From positions 144,479-208,478 of the forward strand of contig JAFZKH010000009.1 in NCBI GenBank assembly GCA_017553685.1: a stretch of DNA of 64,000 bases. The letters run 5' to 3'. Below the pieces are notes generated by a model. The model had not been told where the DNA came from. It saw nothing but the letters and a program-made list of their open reading frames with translations, and made no database searches. Source of the DNA: Bacilli bacterium. GTDB taxonomy: Bacteria; Bacillota_I; Bacilli_A; RF39; UBA660. This document shows, piece by piece, positions 1-8,600 of this stretch (position 1 is the first letter of the stretch; every line of letters starts with the position of its first letter). A program made the position numbers and the translations under genes.

Positions 1-124
1 CGATTAAAAGCATTGTATTTTCATTTATAAAATTTGTTACTTTTTCAATTATTTCTTTCATAATTCCCTCTTCCTATTCTTATAACAATTTTATCATTTT
101 AATAGTATTATTTCAATATTTTTA

Positions 125-1279
125 TTATATTTTTTTCTTTCTTCTAATAAAACCAATAATAATTAAAATGACTAATACTCCAAGTAATATATATCTAACC
201 TTTGGAGGTATATAAATAGTTACTTTTTTATTTAAGAATACATCTTTCTTATAGATTTCTTCTCCATCTGCTAAAACTATATAATTACCAAGTTTATCAC
301 CATTCTTATTTTTAGTAGTAACTTTAGTTAAACCATCATATTTATATTCTATTTCAGCATCTTTCATAACATATGCATAATAATCTTCATCATTTTTTAT
401 TTCGATTGTTTCACCAAAACTAGTTTTAACTTTAGCTAACACTTTATCTTTTTTAATAAGTTTTTTAACTTCATATTTATCAATATAAAAGTCCATTAAG
501 TGTTTTTGATCTAAAAAGTTTTGATTTCTATTATAATCATAATCAGCATTTAATGTTATTAATATGAATTCTTCATCACCATTTTTAATATAACTAGCTA
601 AACATATTCCTGCTTCATCAGTAAATCCTGTTTTAGCTCCCATTATATATGGTGCATCAAGGTCATTTGCTTTCTTTCTAGGTCCTTTTATTTCAAATTC
701 TTCGTCTGTTGTAGTATATTCTGCAGTAGTAAATATTTTTTTAAAATCTTTATTCTTTAAAGCATAATCTAATGCTTTATACATATCATATGCTGTGGAA
801 TATTGCCCATCTCTTTCTAAACCAATTGGATCTTTATATACAGTATCTTTAAGTCCAATCTCTTTTGCCTTTTCATTAACTAATTTAGCAAATTCTTCTT
901 CTGAAGGTGATACAGTTAATGCTAAGTATTTAGCAGCATCCCCTGCAGAATCTAATAATGTTGCATATAATAAATCATAATAAGTTAATTCTTCTTCATC
1001 TTGAAGACCAATAGTATATACATCATAATCTATTGATGATATCTTATCTTCATTTATAATTACAGTTTCATTTAAATCTTTAATATTTTCTATAGCCACT
1101 ATAGAAGTCAATATCTTTTGAAGAGATGCAACAGAAACATGTTCATCTTTATTCTTTTCATATACTACGGAATCAGTATTTAAATTAACTAATACTGCAT
1201 TCTTAGAATTAATCTCTATTGCTTTAACATTAAAGCATATAAAAAATATAAATAAAGCTAATAATATTTTCTTCTTCAT
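125..1279 (-). CDS. D-alanyl-D-alanine carboxypeptidase (peptidase S11, PBP5/DacF-like) with N-terminal signal peptide and C-terminal membrane anchor
   Basis: SxxK-like 'SLQK', 'LLDSAGDAA' and 'GAKTGFT' (KTG) motifs in penicillin-binding-protein order. N-terminal hydrophobic signal and C-terminal 'ILLGVLVILIIIGFIRRKKKI' anchor. Confidence 0.8.
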   Translation of the reverse strand: MKKKILLALFIFFICFNVKAIEINSKNAVLVNLNTDSVVYEKNKDEHVSVASLQKILTSIVAIENIKDLNETVIINEDKISSIDYDVYTIGLQDEEELTYYDLLYATLLDSAGDAAKYLALTVSPSEEEFAKLVNEKAKEIGLKDTVYKDPIGLERDGQYSTAYDMYKALDYALKNKDFKKIFTTAEYTTTDEEFEIKGPRKKANDLDAPYIMGAKTGFTDEAGICLASYIKNGDEEFILITLNADYDYNRNQNFLDQKHLMDFYIDKYEVKKLIKKDKVLAKVKTSFGETIEIKNDEDYYAYVMKDAEIEYKYDGLTKVTTKNKNGDKLGNYIVLADGEEIYKKDVFLNKKVTIYIPPKVRYILLGVLVILIIIGFIRRKKKI

Positions 1280-1329
1280 TCTCTATTCACCACTCTATCA
1301 TTATACACTAAAAATAAATTATTTATAAG

Positions 1330-1827
1330 TTATATTCTTAATAATCGTCTTAAAACTTCGCTATCATATTTCTTTTCATCTTTATTATTTAAATCAACTT
1401 CAAAAGAACAATCTTTTTTATAATTCATATAATAACTTACATTATGACAAAACCATTCTAATCTCATAGATTCTATACTTCTATCCCAATCACTAGGATT
1501 CATTACTTCATAATAATTAATTATCTCTAATATGTCATTTCTAGTTTCTTTATTTGTTATACAATATGAATTTTGAATAACCATATTAGGATCTTCTTTA
1601 TCTCTTTCATCTCTAACTAATATATCATTAGGACTAATATTAGTTAAACTATTTAAATACTCTTCATTACCAATATAAACATATCCATCTGAATATTCCG
1701 CAAAAGGACCATTTTCTATATTTAAAATGGCATAATTTGGATGATATTTTTTCTTATTTGTATACGCAACTAATATAAGAACAGCTGCTGCAGCACATAG
1801 GAGTTTTTTCTTATTTTTACTTTTCAT
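1330..1827 (-). CDS. hypothetical secreted protein or lipoprotein
   Basis: ORF with signal peptide 'MKSKNKKKLLCAAAAVLILVAY'. Likely start at the internal Met of the 179-aa track ORF. No recognisable domain. Confidence 0.45.
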   Translation of the reverse strand: MKSKNKKKLLCAAAAVLILVAYTNKKKYHPNYAILNIENGPFAEYSDGYVYIGNEEYLNSLTNISPNDILVRDERDKEDPNMVIQNSYCITNKETRNDILEIINYYEVMNPSDWDRSIESMRLEWFCHNVSYYMNYKKDCSFEVDLNNKDEKKYDSEVLRRLLRI

Positions 1828-1854
1828 TATATTACCTCTGACTAAATTATAGCA

Positions 1855-1877
1855 CAAAAAAAGAACCAATTGGTTCT
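1855..1877 (-). terminator. intrinsic terminator hairpin (agaaccaa/ttggttct) with U-tract, downstream of the ATPase gene
   Basis: Inverted repeat 'agaaccaattggttct' followed by a T-run on the transcribed strand. Confidence 0.5.
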
Positions 1878-2744
1878 TTATTCTTTAAATTCATCACTAT
1901 GTTCTTTGAAGAATTCATTATATACTTTTACATTTTCTAACTCAGTCCATTTTTTAGATTTTACTGGTACACTATCTAAATCATATATTTTAGCTTCATT
2001 TAAAGCTAAAAGAAATGGAGAATGAGTAGCTATTATAAATTGACAATTATAAAATCTAGCAGATTCCTCTATAAATGTTTTTAATTTTAATTGGTTTTCA
2101 GCAGATAAACTATTTTCTGGTTCATCTATTATATATAAAGCATTATCTTCTATTTCATTTTGCCAAAAATCTAATGCAGTTTCACCATTAGATTCTTGCA
2201 CTATAGTATTATTTCTAAGTCTAGTTCTAACATACTTTGATACAGTCATTCTATTAGAATCTACTTTATTCTTTAAGTCTTCATATTGTTCTAATGAATT
2301 AAAATTTTGAGATGGAGTATTCTTATATTCATAATATTCTTTAACTAAATCTTCTTTTCTTCTATTAACACCTGAATTAATAGCTTTTAAATCAAGTAAA
2401 TAATCAAATACATCATCACTAGATATATATTTAATACCTTTGCAATCACCTTGATGAACAAAATCATAACCACAATTTACAACATAGTCATCAAAGAATT
2501 CTGTTTTTTTATCTATATTTCTTTTAGAGGCCCTTAATGTATCTCCTATTATATTTAGTAGTGTGGTTTTACCGGACCCATTTCCACCATAAAAGATAGT
2601 AATCGGTTCAAAGTCAATTACTTCAAATTCCTTTTCAGGAAATATTTTAAGAGGATACACATTATTATGTATATTCTTCATACCAAGTATCATATCATAT
2701 TCTTGGTTTTCAGTAAGTAATCTAAATCTCTTTAAAAAAACCAT
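1878..2744 (-). CDS. stand-alone AAA/ABC-like ATPase (COG3910/AAA_21-like)
   Basis: Walker A 'GGNGSGKTTLLN', Walker B 'LYIIDEPENSLS', and 'IATHSPFLL' (ABC H-loop-like). No transmembrane partner. Confidence 0.7.
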   Translation of the reverse strand: MVFLKRFRLLTENQEYDMILGMKNIHNNVYPLKIFPEKEFEVIDFEPITIFYGGNGSGKTTLLNIIGDTLRASKRNIDKKTEFFDDYVVNCGYDFVHQGDCKGIKYISSDDVFDYLLDLKAINSGVNRRKEDLVKEYYEYKNTPSQNFNSLEQYEDLKNKVDSNRMTVSKYVRTRLRNNTIVQESNGETALDFWQNEIEDNALYIIDEPENSLSAENQLKLKTFIEESARFYNCQFIIATHSPFLLALNEAKIYDLDSVPVKSKKWTELENVKVYNEFFKEHSDEFKE

Positions 2745-2784
2745 AATAATACCTCCTATATAATTTAATTATATCATAAAAATA

Positions 2785-3366
2785 TTATGAATTCTTTTTA
2801 TCTAATATTAATGGTGTAATATGTGTATCAAAGAATTCTGCTTCTAATTCTTCATAAAATGAATCAGCTCCTTTTGGAGCTTCATGTTTATAGATTATTC
2901 TATAAGCTTCTTCTCTATTAGAACGAGCTTTTTTATATATAGGTAATCCTCTTGAATTTAATAAAAGATATTTTTTAAATTCCTCAATTCTTTTTTCTAA
3001 TTCTTTTGCTTCACATAAAAAATATGGGCCATCTATATCTTTAGTTTCTATTATTACATCACCATACATTTCATGATCCTCATCTTCACTATATTTTCCA
3101 ATATAAATATCTTTTAATAACAAGCCATTATATACAAGAGGTCTTCTATAACCATAGGAAGATATATGGTGAACTTCTATTCTACTATCTGGTTTAAATA
3201 TACCAAATATAAAAATATCAACGTCTTCTTCCATTTCATCTCTTACTATTCCTTCAAACCAACCATCTTCTTCAACAAGCAATTTACCAGTCCAAACATC
3301 ATCTTCAGAATAATCATTATCATCTATATTTTTCCATTTACCTTTAATTGCATATAATTCAGTCAT
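2785..3366 (-). CDS. hypothetical acidic protein, apparently co-transcribed with the upstream ATPase
   Basis: 193-aa ORF 40 bp upstream of the ATPase on the same strand. No known motif recognised. Confidence 0.45.
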   Translation of the reverse strand: MTELYAIKGKWKNIDDNDYSEDDVWTGKLLVEEDGWFEGIVRDEMEEDVDIFIFGIFKPDSRIEVHHISSYGYRRPLVYNGLLLKDIYIGKYSEDEDHEMYGDVIIETKDIDGPYFLCEAKELEKRIEEFKKYLLLNSRGLPIYKKARSNREEAYRIIYKHEAPKGADSFYEELEAEFFDTHITPLILDKKNS

Positions 3367-3435
3367 ATTATCACCTTTTGATTAATTATTATAACATAAT
3401 CATATTTTATTACAATAAAAAGAACCTTACGGTTC

Positions 3436-3795
3436 TTAATTATTAATGGTCTTCATTTTTACAATGCTACAATCTTTGCATCTATATTGAGGATGTTTAT
3501 CATCAGTTCTATCATATTTACCCCATTCTACTATTCTATAACCTTTAGTCTTTTTATGACAGTCATGACATTCTACATCTTCTTTTATTTCCCATAAAGG
3601 TACATCAGATTTCTTTTTAAAGATAAATTTATCTATCCAAAAGAATATTAGACCTCCTATTAAATTTGCAATAATAGTAGCCCATAAAGTATTCATGTTA
3701 GATAATAGTTTTAATACAATAGCAAGTATTGGAGTACTTAATTGCCATCTGATTAGATATAGAATATATTTCTTTGTTAATTTCATATTTATCAC
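3436..3795 (-). CDS. small multi-TM membrane protein with C-terminal C4 zinc ribbon (possibly GtrA-like N-terminus)
   Basis: Hydrophobic segments followed by 'CHDCHKK...CKDCS' Cys4 ribbon. Terminator hairpin 'agaaccttacggttct' at 3421-3436. Confidence 0.5.
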   Translation of the reverse strand: MINMKLTKKYILYLIRWQLSTPILAIVLKLLSNMNTLWATIIANLIGGLIFFWIDKFIFKKKSDVPLWEIKEDVECHDCHKKTKGYRIVEWGKYDRTDDKHPQYRCKDCSIVKMKTINN

Positions 3796-4222
3796 CTATA
3801 ACAAGTATACCATAAAAAAGAACCCTATACCATAATATATGGCAGGGTTCGCCTCGTTTACATTTGGTGCACCTGTTCAATGCGTTGAGAAATAATAAAA
3901 AGTTAATTTCCATTTTAATTATAACATAATTTTAAAAAAATAAAAGTACTTTTAATTAAGTTTTACAGTATGACTTGCTCCCTTAATATATATAAAAAGA
4001 ATATTTAGGAGCATTTATTACCTATATATAATAATGATCAAACTATAATAATCCCAAAAATTAGGAGCAATTTTGTAAGTACAAAATAAGATTGGTGTCA
4101 TATAATTTGTTATATTATAAAGAATTATATTATATAATGACACCTACATCTTATCCTGATAGAAAAAATACTTACAAAATTAAGCATTTTTTGGGAGCTA
4201 GGGAGCAAATAAAAAAGCTAAA

Positions 4223-5557
4223 TTATTTTATTAATTTAGCATGTACTATTATTCGTTTATTTCCATCATAACTAACTAATGTAAGTATGTTATCAAAGCT
4301 ACCTACATATACATCATAATCATAATTACTTTTCTTTCTAATATCTTGTATATAATTAGCATAATCTATTTGTTTATTAAAATTAATCTTTATATCATCA
4401 TTAGATTCATATGTAGAAAATACTTGATATCTATATTCAAAATTATCTGATACATAAGTTATATAATGATATTCTTTTTTCTTTTGCCATTTATCTGTTA
4501 ATACTTTAGATAAACTCCCAAACATATCATTATTATTACTTCCATATATAACTATATTCTTATCAGTACCATCTAATTTATTTCTTGAATCCATATATAT
4601 CCAACCTGATCTAGATTTCTTCTTCAAGAAATTATGTTCTTTATAATATTTATTATCTTTACCTTTAACTACTACATGATTAATATTAGTAGCATTAACT
4701 TTAACATATCCTACAGTATTTTTATTGAGCTTCTTTAATCCATTAAAATCAATATCATACTCTTTATATCCACCATCTAATACATTAACATATTTCTCAT
4801 TTAATTGATCATTTAAAGGTTTATAACTAACTATTTTAAATATAGAGAATCCTATTATTAAAATAAATATAAGAATTAATGCTATATAAACCCAATTCTT
4901 TAGTTTTCTTTTCTTAACTATTTTCTTAGGTCTTTCTTCTCTGCCAAATGCTCTTTCTTCAATAACAATAGGTTTATCTTTTATTTCTTCTTTAATCTCA
5001 GGTTCTTCTACTACAAACTCTTTTTCTTCTGGTATATCTAATATATTTGATTCTTCTAATACTTTATCTAATTCTTCTTCCACAGATAAATTAGATTCTT
5101 TTATATCTTTATCATCTTCAAAAACAACGTCTTCAGGTTTTATTTTAGTTTCTTCTTTTTTATGATTATTAAAAATATCTGTTAATGTATAAGAATTAGT
5201 ATATTCAAATTGTTCTTCACGTACTACTGGTTTAACTTCTTTCTTAACTGTAGTCTTCTTTGTAGAGCTTGTACTCTTCTTAGGTGTTTTAGTGGCCTTT
5301 TTAGGAGTTGTTTTCTTTGTAGTACTCTTTTTACTATTTGTACTTTTCTTTGCAGAAGTACTTTTTTTAGTACTTGTAGACTTAGTTTTAATTGTACTAG
5401 AACTTACAGTCTTCTTAGTACTTGTTTTAGGTTTACTAGAGTTGCTCTTCTTAGTACTAGTTTTAGGTTTACTAGAATTGCTCTTTTTAGTAGTATTAGT
5501 TTTCTTAGTACTTGTTGTTTTCTTTTTAGTAGTAGTTTTCTTTTTTTCTTCTGCCAT
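4223..5557 (-). CDS. sortase B-fold protein lacking the catalytic His and Cys (pseudo-sortase), with long K/T/S-rich basic N-terminal tail and one TM helix
   Basis: C-terminal ~200 aa align convincingly to SrtB ('GWIYMDSRNK', 'IVIYGSNNNDMFGSL', 'ILTLVSYDGNKRIIVHAKLIK'). His of 'YGH' is Ser, Cys of 'TLSTC' is Tyr, and the protein contains no Cys at all; Arg ('KRIIV') is retained. RBS 'AGGAAG' 7 nt before 'MAEEKKK', so likely start is 5557; the track ORF runs to 5584. Confidence 0.75.
   Translation of the reverse strand: MAEEKKKTTTKKKTTSTKKTNTTKKSNSSKPKTSTKKSNSSKPKTSTKKTVSSSTIKTKSTSTKKSTSAKKSTNSKKSTTKKTTPKKATKTPKKSTSSTKKTTVKKEVKPVVREEQFEYTNSYTLTDIFNNHKKEETKIKPEDVVFEDDKDIKESNLSVEEELDKVLEESNILDIPEEKEFVVEEPEIKEEIKDKPIVIEERAFGREERPKKIVKKRKLKNWVYIALILIFILIIGFSIFKIVSYKPLNDQLNEKYVNVLDGGYKEYDIDFNGLKKLNKNTVGYVKVNATNINHVVVKGKDNKYYKEHNFLKKKSRSGWIYMDSRNKLDGTDKNIVIYGSNNNDMFGSLSKVLTDKWQKKKEYHYITYVSDNFEYRYQVFSTYESNDDIKINFNKQIDYANYIQDIRKKSNYDYDVYVGSFDNILTLVSYDGNKRIIVHAKLIK
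5411..5482 (-). repeat. in-frame 36-bp tandem duplication (2 copies, 2 mismatches) encoding 'SNSSKPKTSTKK' in the pseudo-sortase N-terminal tail
   Basis: 'cttcttagtacttgttttaggtttactagagttgct' followed by a near-identical copy. Confidence 0.7.
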
Positions 5558-5617
5558 GATATCACTTCCTATCATATATATCATTATATCACAAAAAAAG
5601 AAGAGATTAATCTCTTC

Positions 5618-8600
5618 TTAATTATTAATTCCTATTCTAAATACTGGTGTTACTTGTCTATTATTGCTAACATTACTATTATATGTTGAACCACCAACTA
5701 TTACAAACCATACATTATCTGCATTTGAATGTGGTGTTCTTATCCACCATTGAATTTGTCCTTTTAATCTACCAGAATTAGAATTATTTGCTGAATAAAA
5801 ATCTAACATTCTTGTATCAGTAAGTGGATTATTCTTATTGTCAGCGGAATGAGTTAATCCTATTTCATAAGCTGAAGATAAATATATTTTGTTTAAATTA
5901 GTATCATTTTCAGTAATAATAGGAGAATCTCCAGAAGGACCTGAACCTGAAACAATTGGATACGTAGGAATAATAACTGATTGTAAATCAGAAGGTAACT
6001 TATTGTAAAAATCACTATTTAACCAAGTGGCTAATGATGAACCTGCCCAACCGCCAGCATTATTATTGACGGAATAAATATTTTTGTTTGAAACTGAATC
6101 AATAAACTCAATTACTATACCACAAGCAGTTTGAGAATATCCTTCTGTTTCACATACTTCTGGTTTTGATGTATTGGCAAGTCTTACTGTATATGATTCA
6201 TTTATTGAATCATTATCCATATCCATTTCCACTTCTTTTTCACAGGAATCTGCAAGATAATAGTAATTAGGATCACTATTAATATTGCTTATTATTGTAT
6301 TCCACGAATCAGTTGCAAACGATCTACATCTAAAGAACCATTCTGCATATAATGTAGTATTTTCAGATATTAAATTTGTTATATCCTGAGTATTATCATA
6401 ATGAATTCCTGTTCCGTCTGCTTTCGTATTCCATCCAATAAAATTATGTTTTGATCTAGTATATGTATTTGGATTTAATGATGTTGATACACCATATGTA
6501 AATACTTGATCAGGCATATCATTTCCAGAACCACCATTTTTATCATATGTTATAGTATATTGATTAGCATCCCATTCTGCATATAGTATTACTTCACCGT
6601 CTATATCTAGATTCTTAACTAGTTGTTCATTATCATAGTGTGTTCCTTGTCCATCACTTTGTGTGTTCCATCCTAAGTAATTATAACCTTCTCTAGTATA
6701 AGTATTAGTATTTAAATTAACTTCTTCCCCATAAGCTATTTCTTGGTTAGGCATTTGATTTCCAGAACCACCATTTTTATTGAATACTACATGATATGGT
6801 GTTACTGCCCATTCTGCATATAATGTAATATCATTTTCACTCATTGTATTTGTTACATCTTGTTTATCATCATAATGTGTTCCTTGTCCATTTGCTAATG
6901 TATTCCATCCTGCAAATGCATAACCTGTTCTTGTATATTGATTTTCATTTAATAAATTATTTGGTATATCAAATACAATTATTTGTGCGCTCATTGTTCC
7001 TGTTGCATTTGGATCATCTGTATTTATATCATAAGTTATTGTATATTGTTTTGGTTCCCATATAGCATATAATTCTAATTCTCCAGAAGTTACTAAGTTA
7101 GTTACTTCTGCTTGATCAGAATAACTTGTTCCTGAACCATCTTCTTCTGTATTCCATTCAACAAAGTTATATCCTGTTAATTCAAATCCTAATTGATCTA
7201 GATTAACTGTTGTATCATATGTTATTGTTTGTGGAGACATTCCTCCAGTTGCTCTATCATCATTTTTCTTAAATACTATTCTATAATCATTAACATCCCA
7301 CTCTGCATATAATGTTGTATTATTAACAAATTCATTTGTTATATTTTCTTGATTATCATAATGATTACCTAAACCATCTGATTGTGTATTCCATCCTGAG
7401 AATGTATATCCTGGTCTAACATAAGCATTTTGTTTTAAGTATGTATTAACATCATATGTAACTGTTTGATTAGTCATTGTTCCGGTTACATGAGTATCAT
7501 CTGTATTATCATCAAATGTTATTGATATAGATTTTGGTCCCCATTGTGCATATAATGTTATTTCTCCATCTATATCTAAGTTCTTAACTGATTCTTCATC
7601 ATCATAATGAGTTCCTGTTCCATCAGATTCAGTATTCCATCCATAGAAATTATATCCTGTTCTTGTAAATCCATTTGGTGATAAAGTAAATGTTGTATTA
7701 TATGGTTTTGATTGAGATGCAGTTGTTCCTGTTGCATTTGGATCTGGTGTATTTATATCATAATTAACTGTATATGGAGTTGCTCCCCATCTAGCATATA
7801 AATTAACTATTCCAGATTCTGCTAAATTATTAACTGTTGCTCCATCTTCTATTTTAGTTCCTGTTCCGTCTGCTTTAGTATTCCAACTATCAAATGCATA
7901 TCCTTGTATAGTAAATCCATTACTTGTTAATGCTTTTGTTGTATCATATACCATTTCTAAATCACTCATAGAACCGTCTGTTATTAATGTAGTTCCTGGT
8001 TCTACTACTATTGATGCATCATTAATATTAAAATGTATTGTATATGGATTAGCTTTCCAAGAAGCAGTTACTGTCTTATCTTCATATATAGGTGCTGTTA
8101 TATCAAAATCTGTATTATCTTCATTTACCCATTTATCTATATGATATCCTGTTACTGTTGGACTTGGTAAACTATCGATTGTTTCACCATAATTAATTGC
8201 TTTTGTTGTTTCTGTAGTTCCATCATCTAATGTTACTATTATTTTATCATTTAAAGTATATGTACTAACTAATGATAAATCAAAAGTTAGTGTTGAAGCT
8301 GCTTTTGCGATTATAGGTAATGTTATTAAACCTATTAACATCATATTTAATGCTTTTTTCTTCTTTTTAGAAGTAGCTATTGATGTTACTAATCCAATTG
8401 ATGAAATAATTAACATTATATAACTTATATGAATATTATCTCCTGTTTTTGGATTAATTATTATAGTATCAGTTTTCTTTTCACCTTCATCTAAATATTT
8501 AATAGTGAATTTAACTGTATTATTTTGTGTTCTTTTTGTTATATCATTTACTAATGTTTTATAAATTGCTTTAACATCAAAGTTAAGTGTTCCATTTGCA

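Noticed and set aside
795-980. Plus-strand ORFs overlapping long minus-strand genes (795-980, 3166-3357, 5210-5689, 5292-5621, 6844-7065, 9856-10107, 10513-10992, 11006-11209, 13377-13580, 17878-18090, 18720-18968, 29231-29443, 31028-31219, 37025-37210, 37832-38107, 37861-38067, 38394-38576, 39668-39883, 44331-44543, 47108-47468, 52400-52594, 58383-58667, 60423-60737).
   Set aside because: They are shadow ORFs on the strand opposite to, or in an alternate frame of, well-supported genes. They are low-complexity (L/F/S/I-rich), which is typical of antisense AT-rich coding sequence, with no motifs or RBS context.
3698-3913. 71-aa minus-strand ORF spanning the start of the zinc-ribbon gene and the 3816-3850 terminator hairpin.
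   Set aside because: It overlaps the N-terminus of a better-supported gene and runs through a strong terminator stem-loop. It has no RBS and is likely non-coding.
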